A DNA stretch of 64,000 nt from a virus. Within the stretch, counting starts at the first letter, position 1, and each line of letters begins with the position of its first letter. The position numbers and the translations under genes were made by a program. Shown here piece after piece: positions 8,454 through 17,975 of the stretch. A model generated the notes under the pieces. That model was given only the letters and a program-made list of their open reading frames with translations, did not search any database and had not been told where the DNA came from. The DNA is taken from positions 55,224 through 119,223 of IMG/VR virus record IMGVR_UViG_3300032893_000008. One strand, 5' to 3'.

Positions 8454-10183
8454 ACGGATTCTCGATCAAGGCAAAAGGCAAGGAAATTCGTCTCAAGGGC
8501 CCTGCCCTTAACGATGCCATTCTTCAGACGATGCACACCCTATCCCAGATCGTCGGTTCGACGCTCGGGCCGGGCGGTAACGTCGTGCTCCTGGAGCGCA
8601 TTGGACTGCCGCCTCTGATCACTAAGGACGGCGTCACGGTAGCGTCGAACGTCGCCTTCAAGGACGCAACGCAATACGTCCTCGGCGAGGCAGCGAAGGA
8701 AGCTTCGCTCCGCACGAACGTCGAGGCTGGCGACGGCACGACGACCGTCATCGTCCTGGCGGAAGCCCTGACCCGCTACGGCCTAGAGTATCTTTCCAAG
8801 CATCCCAACAAATCGCCGCAGGAAATCTGCCGCGAACTGGATGCAGTTGTTGAGAAGTGCGTGGCTCGACTACAGAAGGCGGCGAAGAAGGTCACCACCA
8901 AGCAAGATCTGCACAAGGTTGCACTGGTCTCGGCGAACTTCGATGAGTCGATCGCCGGCGCCGTCATCGAGGCGCTCGATCAGGTTGGTAACGACGGCAC
9001 GATCATCACCGAAGAAGGTTCTAGCCGGCACACGACAGTCGAGATGCAGGAAGGCTTCCCGGTTCGCAAGGGCCTAAGCACTTTCGGCGCTGTCCAGGAG
9101 ATTTTCATCAACGATCCCCAGGCGCAGGAATGCGTCCTGCAGAACCCGATGGTCCTGCTTTACGACGGTGATCTGACGGATCCCATCAACCTCGCGAATT
9201 ACCTGCAGAAGTGTTACACGAAGATGATGGAGGAGAAGCAGTCCGCTAGTCCGATCATCGTCGTAGCTCACAAGTTTTCTCCCCAGGTGCTTCGCCTGAT
9301 GGCCGAGAACTTCGCGGTCAACCGCGCGCAGATCATCCCCATGGAGACCATGGCTTCGGCGCAGCCGATGTCGCGACATCACTTCCTGCACGACATGGCG
9401 GCCTATCTCGGCGCCGACGTTCTGGATCCGATCGCCCATCAGCTCGATGTCTCTACGCCCGAAGCGCTCGGTGGTTGCGGCCGCGCTCGCATCGGACGCT
9501 ACCAGTCGGTGCTTTTCGACCCCCTGGATGGCACCGAGCCCCTAGTGGAAAAGCGCATTACCGAGCTGAAGGGCCAGCTGGAGAACGCAGAGTCAGAATA
9601 CGACGCCGAGATCATCAAGGAGCGCATCGGCCATCTCCTGGGTGGTATCGCTACGATTTACGTAGGCGGCTCTTCTGATCTAGAGATCAAAGAAAAGAAG
9701 CACCGTATCGAGGACGCTATTTGCGCCACTCGTTCCGCGGTCGAGCAGGGGATCGTCCCCGGCGGCGGCGCCATGTTTCTGGCACTCGCCGATAGCCTCC
9801 TGGACGAATCCTTCGTTACCGAAGTGGAATCGAGTGACATTCTCGTTCAGGCGCTTCAGATTCCTTTCCAGCGGATTCTTCTCAACGTAGGGGAATCCCG
9901 GCAGAAAATCGAAGAAGCGACCCAGAAAATCATTGATTCCAGGAATAGAATGGGAGTCCCGAAGCTCGTCTACGACGCGCTTCATCACACCTATGCCAAG
10001 CCCTTCAAGGCCGGCATCGTGGATCCCGTGAAAGTAACAGTCGCAACGCTTCAGAATGCGATGTCGATCGCTCAGATGCTTTTCACCCTGGGCGGTGCGG
10101 TCATTCTCCCGCGCGATCTGGAAGAGGAACGCCAGGCGGAGCTGCAGGCCCAGGCAGTGGCAGCCCAGATGCAGGGCGCATGA
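8450..10183 (+). CDS. groEL: Phage chaperonin (GroEL-like)
   Basis: TLGPGG, ITKDGVTVA, AGDGTTT, RIEDAICAT, GIVPGGG, GIVDPVKV. Confidence 0.95.
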   Translation: MNGFSIKAKGKEIRLKGPALNDAILQTMHTLSQIVGSTLGPGGNVVLLERIGLPPLITKDGVTVASNVAFKDATQYVLGEAAKEASLRTNVEAGDGTTTVIVLAEALTRYGLEYLSKHPNKSPQEICRELDAVVEKCVARLQKAAKKVTTKQDLHKVALVSANFDESIAGAVIEALDQVGNDGTIITEEGSSRHTTVEMQEGFPVRKGLSTFGAVQEIFINDPQAQECVLQNPMVLLYDGDLTDPINLANYLQKCYTKMMEEKQSASPIIVVAHKFSPQVLRLMAENFAVNRAQIIPMETMASAQPMSRHHFLHDMAAYLGADVLDPIAHQLDVSTPEALGGCGRARIGRYQSVLFDPLDGTEPLVEKRITELKGQLENAESEYDAEIIKERIGHLLGGIATIYVGGSSDLEIKEKKHRIEDAICATRSAVEQGIVPGGGAMFLALADSLLDESFVTEVESSDILVQALQIPFQRILLNVGESRQKIEEATQKIIDSRNRMGVPKLVYDALHHTYAKPFKAGIVDPVKVTVATLQNAMSIAQMLFTLGGAVILPRDLEEERQAELQAQAVAAQMQGA

Positions 10184-10557
10184 TCATCTGGGTGCCGTTC
10201 TCGATGGCGGTCGCCGAAGACGGCACCGCTTCGATCGCCGGCATTCCGGTAGAGCATCTGATTCGAGAATTCTCGGTCCAGGTCGATAACGACAAATTCG
10301 AAGCTAAGTTCCGATTGGATGAGGATAATTCCAAGGTTTCTATCCCGGAGAAATGGGCTAACATCTGGCGCCGCCTGGAAGATCGGACGGCTCCGGATGA
10401 GGAGCCTATCATCCGGATCAGAAACGCGCGATATATTTACGCGAATGTGGACACTTGGACGATTTGCGTAGATCACGAGTCGGAAATTGCTGTTCCGGAT
10501 GGAATCACAGTCGCCCTGAACTCGCTTTCGGCTGACGCGGTAAAATCTAAGGCATGA
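10180..10557 (+). CDS. Hypothetical protein
   Basis: ATGA-coupled in operon. Confidence 0.55.
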   Translation: MIIWVPFSMAVAEDGTASIAGIPVEHLIREFSVQVDNDKFEAKFRLDEDNSKVSIPEKWANIWRRLEDRTAPDEEPIIRIRNARYIYANVDTWTICVDHESEIAVPDGITVALNSLSADAVKSKA

Positions 10558-10760
10558 AGTCAAAGCCAAAGACTCGTGATTCTGAAACGAGAGAAGTCTA
10601 TGAAATCGTCAAGCGCCCGGGGAAAGCAGCATTCCTCTTCCGTATCCCTTCGCACACTCTCCGCCTGCGCAAGGATGGAAATGGTGTGGTCCAGGTGATC
10701 GGGGGCGAAGTAGTAGCTCGTCTGGACTGGGAAGAGCTTGCCGTGATCAAGAGGGGCTAA
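10554..10760 (+). CDS. Hypothetical protein
   Basis: ATGA-coupled in operon. Confidence 0.5.
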   Translation: MKSKPKTRDSETREVYEIVKRPGKAAFLFRIPSHTLRLRKDGNGVVQVIGGEVVARLDWEELAVIKRG

Positions 10761-10761
10761 C

Positions 10762-11778
10762 GTGAAAGACCTATTCCTCAAAGTCCTCGGCCTTGTCTTC
10801 AAAAACTTCGTCCACGTCGTTCTGGGGGTCCTACTCCTGATCATCGCTGCTCTCGGCTACTCGATGTTCAAGCAGCACCAAGCGCTTACGAAAGCTAAGA
10901 ACGACCTGGTGGGGCAGAAGGATGCCTACCAGCAGCTCTCGTCGACCTACGCCAAGCTGGAGACCGACTACGTCTCCGAGAAGTCCCTGGCAGAGCAGGC
11001 GAAGAAGAATTGGCAGAACGAGCTGGCCGAGAACAAGAAGCTGAAGGATCAGCTCCGCGGGCTCGCAAGCGCTACGTTCTCAGTGTCGCAGACCCCGGTC
11101 GTTGGCGCTCCCGACAAGCTCGTCCCCGGGCCAGACGGCTACCTCTACCAGGAGATCACCTACCAGGACGCCAAGGGCAAGCAGGGCCCGCCGACAGGCT
11201 TCGTGAAGGTCGCCAACCAGACTGGCGTGGTGACGTCGAAGCTCTTTGACCACGACATCCAGATCGAGACTGCGATCGCCGTCGACCCCAAGTCGGGCAA
11301 GGTGGAAGTCTTCTCCAAGGGCTATTACGTGCTTCGGGAGCCCTCCCTGGCCGATACCGACCCCTCCAGCGGGAAGACGAGCTGGAAAGACGTGCGCTAC
11401 CCCCTGAACATCACCGGCGGGTCTCTTGTCTACTCCCCTGGTGCTCCGCCGGCCGCTGCCAGCTACCCCAGTCGTTTCCTGGTGGCTCCGCATCTTAACG
11501 CTGGCGTTTTCGCAGCGCTCACAACGGACCAGGGAGTCGAGGAGGGTGCTCACGTAGACGTCACCTGGCTCGGCTATGGTCGCACCAAGAACGACCTAGA
11601 CTTCAAGTTCGTCGGTCTGGGAACCGACTTCAACAAGAACTATGGCGATGTATCCTTTGTGCCAGTCTCGTATCGCGTTCCGTTCATCCCGCTGATCTCC
11701 AATCTGTGGGTCTCCCCTACGATCGGCCTGGACGTCGGCGGCAAGGCTTTCGGACTTACTGTAGAGGGCACGCTGTAA
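10762..11778 (+). CDS. Membrane-anchored coiled-coil protein with beta-rich C-terminus (spanin-like candidate)
   Basis: N-terminal TM helix, coiled coil, amphipathic beta strands at C-terminus. Confidence 0.5.
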   Translation: MKDLFLKVLGLVFKNFVHVVLGVLLLIIAALGYSMFKQHQALTKAKNDLVGQKDAYQQLSSTYAKLETDYVSEKSLAEQAKKNWQNELAENKKLKDQLRGLASATFSVSQTPVVGAPDKLVPGPDGYLYQEITYQDAKGKQGPPTGFVKVANQTGVVTSKLFDHDIQIETAIAVDPKSGKVEVFSKGYYVLREPSLADTDPSSGKTSWKDVRYPLNITGGSLVYSPGAPPAAASYPSRFLVAPHLNAGVFAALTTDQGVEEGAHVDVTWLGYGRTKNDLDFKFVGLGTDFNKNYGDVSFVPVSYRVPFIPLISNLWVSPTIGLDVGGKAFGLTVEGTL

Positions 11779-11779
11779 C

Positions 11780-12121
11780 ATGCCCCGCTATACCTACCGA
11801 CACGACGATCCGGATCACGTAATCGAGCTGAACCGCAAGGTGGCCGAGCGCGATCTGCCGGCGAAGTGTCCGCTCTGCAAGAAACCGATGGAGCGCTCCC
11901 TGGCTACGGTAGCACCCCCTACCGTCTTGGAGCGGGTAGACCAGCACCGCAACGTAAAGCAGCGCCAGAACAACGCTGAACGCGTTCGGAAGCGCGCCAA
12001 GAAGTTCTTCATCGAGAACGAAATGCCCAACCTCGTAGGGGAGCATGGCTTGGAACAGGCAAAACGCGCCGGCTGGGTTAAAAAAGACGGTAAGATGGTT
12101 AAGGTCGGCGACCTGAAGTGA
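11780..12121 (+). CDS. FmdB-like zinc-ribbon protein
   Basis: MPRYTY...KCPLCKKPMER; first CxxC replaced by HDDPDH. Confidence 0.6.
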   Translation: MPRYTYRHDDPDHVIELNRKVAERDLPAKCPLCKKPMERSLATVAPPTVLERVDQHRNVKQRQNNAERVRKRAKKFFIENEMPNLVGEHGLEQAKRAGWVKKDGKMVKVGDLK

Positions 12122-12300
12122 ACGATCTAGAAAGACAGCGAAAGAAACGCGAGCGTAGAGCGGCCTTGGCTAGGGATGAAGTCCCTGAAGGGTGCACCTC
12201 GACTACGTTCATTTGCCCGGATTGCTCAGGCGTGATGATGCTCATCTTCGATGAAGACCGTAAGCTCCTGAAGACGATCGACCTGAGGAAAGAAACTTGA
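12118..12300 (+). CDS. Small Cys-containing protein
   Basis: CPDC; coupled to neighbours. Confidence 0.45.
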   Translation: MNDLERQRKKRERRAALARDEVPEGCTSTTFICPDCSGVMMLIFDEDRKLLKTIDLRKET

Positions 12301-14210
12301 AATTCAAGTCCTTCTACGCTGAGAATTTCATCACCTTCCCGGTCATCGAGCTGGAGTTTGATTCCAGTGATCGCGGGCTGACGCTCGTCGACGGCTGGAA
12401 CCACGACCAGGGGCAGGCTAACGGCGCCGGCAAGTCAGTGCTCTTCAACTCGATCGCGTTCGCGGTCTACGGGAAGACTGCTACGGACGTGAACCTCGCG
12501 GATCTGGTCCCGGAATGGGGTGGCACCCTCAAGACCGTCGTGATGGTAGAGACGGCTGCCGGAATGCTCATCATCGAGCGCACGCGCAAGCCGAATGCAG
12601 TCAAGCTCTTCGTCAACAACGTCGAGTTCAAAGGCACCGCAGAATCCGTCGAGAAACGCATCCTGGAACTGGTAGGGCTCACCTTCGAACAGTTTCTCCA
12701 GGTGGCCTACTTCTACCAGGGGGCTCGGGATCGGTTCGTCGACGTCAACGACACGGCCAAGAAGTCGTTCCTGGCTTCCGTCCTGGGACTCGACAAATGT
12801 GAAATCGCCTACACCAAGGCTCACGAGAAGCTGAAGACCGCTGAGTCCGCAAAAGCGACCCTCGATGGTAAGGTTTCGACGCTCAAGAGCGTGCTCCAGG
12901 GGCAGCAGGCTGCTCACGAGAACGCTCTACGAACCCTGGATGCATTCATAGAGGCTCGGCCGGCGAAGGAAGCTGAGATACGCGGGCGCTACGCTTCGGA
13001 TGACAAGGAAACGCAGCTCCAGAAGCGTCTGGAAGCCGCCGAAGCGGCCAAGAAGGTCGCCGAAGGCGAAGCTGAGGAAGCATTGAAGATTGTCCTCCCC
13101 GATCGAGCCAAGCTCGTTGAGCAGCAGGAGCTTGGCATTAAGGCCGGCCAGATGGTCGCGCGCCTACGGGCAGAGATCGAGTCGTCAGAGCGTGAGCTGC
13201 GAACTTTGCGCAGGGACCAGGAGAAACTCGGCGGCACTTCCGCGGCGCCGGCGAATTGCTATGCCTGTGGACAAGCCCTGCCGCAGGATCCGTCCGCGCA
13301 CGAACGTATCCACAAGGAGATCGAGGCTAAGAAAGCGGAAATCGAGACCGTTACCGCCAAGATCGTCGAGAACCAGGGGAAGCTAGCCAAGGCTGAAACG
13401 CTTGCGCGGAAGTGCGATGGCGCTCGCCAGCAAATCACCGATCTGAATGCCCAGATCGCCGTGATTCAGAACAAGAGTTTCCAGGTTCAGCTGAAGATTC
13501 AGGAAGTGAACGCAGCAAAAGCAGCTCTCGCCGGCGTGGAGCAGCTGAAGGCGCAGCGCGAACAGGCCATGAAGAACGAGCTGGCTAGCCTGAACGATCG
13601 CGAAGAATCCCTGATCGATCAGTCTTCGGCCGCTGGCGCGATGGCGGCAACGACTCAAAACAAGCTCGATGAAGCTTCGACGCAGCTGAACAAGGCCAAG
13701 GACGAGATTGCCTATCTGCAGGAAACCAAACGAATCTTCTCCCCAATTGGACTCCGGGCGCACGTCGTCGATGGCGTCGTTTCCGAGCTGAACGAACGGA
13801 TTGAGCACTACCTGAGCGAACTGTTTTCGGGCCAGATGCGATTCCACTACGACCTGGACGAATCCGGGAAGCTGATCGGCAAGCTTTTCTTCGCCGGCCG
13901 TGAGCGATCGTCCCTAGCTACGCTCTCCGGTGGTCAGCGGCAGCGTGTGCGACTTGCGGTCGATCTGGCACTCTCCGACGTCGTAGCCAACCGTCTGGCC
14001 GTGAAGACGAATGTGATGTTCCTGGACGAGGTTACGGACGGCATGGATTCCATCGGGCGTGAAGGTCTAATGGCGATCTTGAGCGAGCTAGAGCGAAGTC
14101 GAGATGCTATTTTTGTGGCCGATCACGAATCGGAGTTCAAGTCTCGGTTTTCTCGAAGCATTTGGCTTGAACTGAAAAAAGGGCAAACGTCGATGTCCCG
14201 TGGGGTATGA
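12297..14210 (+). CDS. SbcC/Rad50-like ATPase (recombination nuclease subunit)
   Basis: ANGAGKS, coiled coil with CYAC zinc hook, LSGGQ, FLDE, H-loop ADH. Confidence 0.92.
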   Translation: MKFKSFYAENFITFPVIELEFDSSDRGLTLVDGWNHDQGQANGAGKSVLFNSIAFAVYGKTATDVNLADLVPEWGGTLKTVVMVETAAGMLIIERTRKPNAVKLFVNNVEFKGTAESVEKRILELVGLTFEQFLQVAYFYQGARDRFVDVNDTAKKSFLASVLGLDKCEIAYTKAHEKLKTAESAKATLDGKVSTLKSVLQGQQAAHENALRTLDAFIEARPAKEAEIRGRYASDDKETQLQKRLEAAEAAKKVAEGEAEEALKIVLPDRAKLVEQQELGIKAGQMVARLRAEIESSERELRTLRRDQEKLGGTSAAPANCYACGQALPQDPSAHERIHKEIEAKKAEIETVTAKIVENQGKLAKAETLARKCDGARQQITDLNAQIAVIQNKSFQVQLKIQEVNAAKAALAGVEQLKAQREQAMKNELASLNDREESLIDQSSAAGAMAATTQNKLDEASTQLNKAKDEIAYLQETKRIFSPIGLRAHVVDGVVSELNERIEHYLSELFSGQMRFHYDLDESGKLIGKLFFAGRERSSLATLSGGQRQRVRLAVDLALSDVVANRLAVKTNVMFLDEVTDGMDSIGREGLMAILSELERSRDAIFVADHESEFKSRFSRSIWLELKKGQTSMSRGV

Positions 14211-14217
14211 TCTAGTT

Positions 14218-14811
14218 ATGCGCATCCTCGCTCTGGACCCAGCCACCACCACAGGATGGGCTCTGTTCGACGGCTCCTCGATCTCTGAAGTAGGATTCAT
14301 CACTTTCTCCCCCGTGGCCGCTGGCTACTCTGGCACCTCCGAAGGACTACGCCTCCTGGAAGCTCATCGCTGGCTCGACAAGATGATTGTAAAATGGAAG
14401 CCGGATCTGATTGTCGCTGAAGGTTTTTTTGCTTCAGGGCGCTTCACAAACGGATCCAACGTGAACCACGAGATCCGCGGTATCTTCAAGATGACCGCAG
14501 CTTGCTTGGAAAAGCAATACGTCGTTACCGGCCCATCGGAGTGGAAGAGGAAGCTTTGCGGCCGCACCACGCCGACGAAGGCTGAGAAGAAGCTCTACGG
14601 GAAAGCGAACGCCAAGAAGATGGTCACAGTCAAGGCCCTGGAAGCCCGCGGCTTCAAGTTCCCGGAGAAGGTGCGCTCAGCCAAGGGGAACATGGTGAAA
14701 TGGAAGTTCGATATTTCCGATGCGCTCGGCATCCTCGTGGCCGAACTGGATGCTCGTGCTATCGATTTTCAGATTCATCCCGACCTGTTTCAGGTCGAGC
14801 CCAAGTCCTAA
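14218..14811 (+). CDS. RuvC-like Holliday junction resolvase
   Basis: MRILALDPATTTGWA, IVAEG, PSEWKR, DISDALGI; ATG 6 nt after GGTATGAT. Confidence 0.8.
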   Translation: MRILALDPATTTGWALFDGSSISEVGFITFSPVAAGYSGTSEGLRLLEAHRWLDKMIVKWKPDLIVAEGFFASGRFTNGSNVNHEIRGIFKMTAACLEKQYVVTGPSEWKRKLCGRTTPTKAEKKLYGKANAKKMVTVKALEARGFKFPEKVRSAKGNMVKWKFDISDALGILVAELDARAIDFQIHPDLFQVEPKS

Positions 14812-14832
14812 ATTGTTGAGGTCCCGCTCATC

Positions 14833-16806
14833 GTGAAAGCCGCCTTCGGTAATCAAGCCGCTGAATTTGTCTATGTTCGCACCTACGCCCGCTGGATGGA
14901 AGAGAAGGGCCGGCGAGAAACCTGGGAAGAGACCGTCGATCGTTACGTGACCTTCATCAAGGAAGAGCGTGGCGAGAAGATTCCGGAGAAAGTCCTTCGG
15001 AAGATCCGCGAGAAGATGCTAGCTTTCGAGGTGGTCCCCAGCATGCGTGCCCTCCATGCCGCCGGTGAAGCAGCTCGCATCGACAACACCACGATTTTCA
15101 ACTGCTCTTTCTCTGCGGTTGACCACCAGGATGCGTTCGCGGAAGCGCTCTACATCTTGATGTGCGGCACTGGCTATGGCTTTTCGGTGGAGAAACGTTA
15201 TGTCGAGAAGCTCCCGGTAGTCCCAGTGATGACCTCCGCGTCCATGGGGACGTTCGTGATCGAGGACTCTCGCCGCGGATGGGCGGACTCGGTCAAAGCT
15301 CTCGTCAACGCGCTCTACGCCGGCGCTGACCAGGCGATGGACTACTCGAAAATTCGCCCCCTGGGCGCTCGCCTGAAGACCATGGGAGGACGTGCCTCAG
15401 GGCCGGCGCCGCTGATTAAGCTCCACGAGTTCATGCGGACGGTCTTCTCCAAGGCTCAAGGGCGCAAGCTCACCTCTCTGGAAGTCCACGACGTGATGAA
15501 CATGATCGCTGAGGTCGTGGTCGTCGGTGGTGTGCGCCGCTCTAGCCAGATCTCCTTGTCTGACCTGGATGACCAGGCGATGCGGGATGCGAAGACCGGT
15601 AGCTACCCCTACTACCGTGGAATGGCCAACAATTCGGCAGTTTACCATGAGAAGCCTGACATGATTCAGTTCATGCGGGAATGGACTGCTCTCGCCGCTT
15701 CCGGCACCGGCGAGCGCGGTATCTTCAACCTCACGGCAGTTGAGAAGTGCGCTCCGCGCCGACGCAATACCGATCTGATCATCGGAAGTAACCCCTGTGG
15801 AGAGATCCAGCTTCGTTCGCGTCAGTTTTGTAACCTTTCGGAGATCGTGGCACGCCCCGATGATGATGTTGACTCGCTCCTCGACAAGGTCGAGACGGCC
15901 ACGTGGATCGGAGTGATTCAGTCTACGTTCACGCACTTCCCCTATCTCTCGGAAGAATGGCGGAAGAACTGCGAAGAGGAGCGCCTCCTGGGCGTCTCGA
16001 TCACGGGCCAGATGGACGCCTGGAATCTCCTCACGCCTCAGGTGCTACAGGCCATGAAGTCGCGTTACCTTAAAGTAATGCGCAAGGCATGCAAGATCAT
16101 GGGGGTCCCGGTGTCTGCCGCCGGCACGTGCGGGAAGCCTTCTGGGACTGCCTCCCAGGTCCTGAGCTGCCCGTCCGGCGCCCATCCCTGGTATGCGCCC
16201 TATTTCTTGCGCCGTTATCGCCTGGACGCTTCCGATCCACTGCTCAAGCTGCTCCGGACGGCCGGCGTAGAGGTTTCGCCGGAGAATAACCAGCGGAAGT
16301 CCGACTGGGCGAAGGCCGCGAAAGCTGATGCTGAAGGTCGTGCGGACGACGTTCTCAAGTACTGCAAGATTTACCGCCGCGGGGAAGAGTGGTCCGAGGA
16401 TAAGGTCCTCACCTGGGTTGTAGCCTTTCCGGTCAAGGCGCCTGAGGGAGCGATCACTCGCAAGGACGTTTCGGTGATCGACCAGCTGGAGCATTACAAG
16501 AAGATGCAGACGAATTGGTGTGAGCACAACCAATCGATTACCGTCTACGTGAAGCCAGAAGAGTGGCTGAAGGCTGGCACCTGGGTCTACGAGAATTGGG
16601 ATATCGTGAACGGAATCAGCTTCCTGCCCGAAGATGGTGGCGTTTACGAGCAGATGCCCTACGAAGAGATCACGAAGGACGCATACGAAATCGCCACTGG
16701 GGAATTCCCGCAGATCGATTTCGGCTCTTTGGCGCTCTTTGAGCGAGACGATCAGACTACGGGATCGAAGGAATTTGCTTGCGTATCAGGAGCTTGTGAA
16801 ATCTAA
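14833..16806 (+). CDS. nrdJ: Class II (B12-dependent) ribonucleotide reductase
   Basis: RTYARW..RRETWEETVDR, FNC, GGVRRS, NPCGEI, FCNLSE, KPSGT, C-terminal CVSGAC; no beta subunit nearby. Confidence 0.9.
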   Translation: MKAAFGNQAAEFVYVRTYARWMEEKGRRETWEETVDRYVTFIKEERGEKIPEKVLRKIREKMLAFEVVPSMRALHAAGEAARIDNTTIFNCSFSAVDHQDAFAEALYILMCGTGYGFSVEKRYVEKLPVVPVMTSASMGTFVIEDSRRGWADSVKALVNALYAGADQAMDYSKIRPLGARLKTMGGRASGPAPLIKLHEFMRTVFSKAQGRKLTSLEVHDVMNMIAEVVVVGGVRRSSQISLSDLDDQAMRDAKTGSYPYYRGMANNSAVYHEKPDMIQFMREWTALAASGTGERGIFNLTAVEKCAPRRRNTDLIIGSNPCGEIQLRSRQFCNLSEIVARPDDDVDSLLDKVETATWIGVIQSTFTHFPYLSEEWRKNCEEERLLGVSITGQMDAWNLLTPQVLQAMKSRYLKVMRKACKIMGVPVSAAGTCGKPSGTASQVLSCPSGAHPWYAPYFLRRYRLDASDPLLKLLRTAGVEVSPENNQRKSDWAKAAKADAEGRADDVLKYCKIYRRGEEWSEDKVLTWVVAFPVKAPEGAITRKDVSVIDQLEHYKKMQTNWCEHNQSITVYVKPEEWLKAGTWVYENWDIVNGISFLPEDGGVYEQMPYEEITKDAYEIATGEFPQIDFGSLALFERDDQTTGSKEFACVSGACEI

Positions 16807-16809
16807 TAT

Positions 16810-16930
16810 GGCGTGGAGTCATAGGGGACGATAAATAGGTGTCGTCGACGGCCCGGCCCTCACCGGGATTGCGCACCGTCGACAGCCCGTTTCCGAGGAG
16901 ACCAGTAGGTTCAAGTCCTACGCCGCGCCA
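16810..16930 (+). ncRNA. tRNA-like RNA with expanded anticodon domain (121 nt)
   Basis: Acceptor GGCGTGG/CCGCGCC-A; T arm GTAGG-TTCAAGT-CCTAC; short D-like hairpin; variable-arm hairpin; no canonical 7-nt anticodon loop. Confidence 0.6.
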
Positions 16931-16966
16931 CCCCTAAAACTTCATGCCTTGCGGTATTATCAGGGC

Positions 16967-17041
16967 ATGAACGCAGAAGTCGAAAACGGCCCCCTGGAAG
17001 GGCTTAACACTGTTGGCGAAGCCCTGGAGAAAAAGGAATGA
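16967..17041 (+). CDS. Leaderless 24-aa mini-ORF coupled to downstream lipoprotein
   Basis: GCGGTATTAT-6nt-ATG; MNAEVENGPLEGLNTVGEALEKKE; ATGA overlap. Confidence 0.4.
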   Translation: MNAEVENGPLEGLNTVGEALEKKE

Positions 17042-17301
17042 AGAAGTTCCTCCTAGCCTCTTTTTTGCTCGCGGTAACTGCTTTCGCTTGCGGCAGCGTC
17101 GATGACGATGATCAGCCTCTCGGACCGATCCCGGTGATCGACTTTGCTCCGAGCGCTACCCCGTCAGTATCGCCGAGTCCGAGCCCCACCGAAACCGAGG
17201 AACCTACTCCTTCACCGAGCCCGTCTCCGACGTGTTCGTCCGATGACGATAACGATCACCACCATCACCACCACGGGGATGAAGATGAAGCTAGTCATTG
17301 A
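17038..17301 (+). CDS. Small lipoprotein with Pro/Ser/Thr linker and poly-His acidic tail
   Basis: Signal peptide MKKFLL..AFAC lipobox; DNDHHHHHHGDEDE. Confidence 0.65.
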   Translation: MKKFLLASFLLAVTAFACGSVDDDDQPLGPIPVIDFAPSATPSVSPSPSPTETEEPTPSPSPSPTCSSDDDNDHHHHHHGDEDEASH

Positions 17302-17866
17302 TGTCGACGGTGTTCTCGCCGATTTTGTGCTTGGGATCACCAAGAAGATGTCCGAGATGAACTCCAACGTCAAGCCGTTCCCGACGTCTGAGCAGAAGTC
17401 GTGGGACTTCCGAGAGCTGCCGCCCGGGCTCCTCAAGGAGGCATTCGCCGAAGCTGCGGTGGACAACGCATACAGCTTCAATGCGGACCTCGAATCCCTA
17501 ATCACCGAAGAGGAAGCGCGCCGGCTCACCCGTCTGTCACTGGACCACGAGGTCTACTTCGCCACGAATCGCCCCGGCGGGATGGAAGCTCTTCGCGGGA
17601 CGAAGAGATTCCTCGATCGGATCGGCATGATCCATCCGAACGTCGTGATTACCGCCAAGAAGGGCGAGTTCGCAGCCGCGATCGGCGCCACGCACCTCAT
17701 CGATGACAAGGCCGGCAATGCCGTCTACGCGAAGTATCATTCGCCGTCAACGGAGGTCTTTCTGATCGATCGCCCCTACAACCGATTTGACCAGACCGTC
17801 GTCGGCACCAAGGTGAATCGCATCATGACCTTCAGCGAGTTTCTGGACGCCGTCGAAAAGTCGTGA
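17279..17866 (+). CDS. HAD-family 5'(3')-deoxyribonucleotidase-like
   Basis: DVDGVLADF, ATNR, K, LIDDK, RPYN. Confidence 0.8.
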   Translation: MKMKLVIDVDGVLADFVLGITKKMSEMNSNVKPFPTSEQKSWDFRELPPGLLKEAFAEAAVDNAYSFNADLESLITEEEARRLTRLSLDHEVYFATNRPGGMEALRGTKRFLDRIGMIHPNVVITAKKGEFAAAIGATHLIDDKAGNAVYAKYHSPSTEVFLIDRPYNRFDQTVVGTKVNRIMTFSEFLDAVEKS

Positions 17867-17975
17867 AGATACCGACCTACGAAAAATTCGCGGAGTTCCT
17901 ACCACTCCTAGTGTGGGTTGGGATCTTCTCTGCGATGATCGTCGCTCTATATTTCGGCTGCCGCTGAGGAGAGAT

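Noticed and set aside
16810-16930. tRNA-Sec or UGA suppressor call from the CCCTCA loop
   Set aside because: Loop is 6 nt, lacks U33 and a purine-rich 3' side, and sits in a branched domain; genes end normally at TGA
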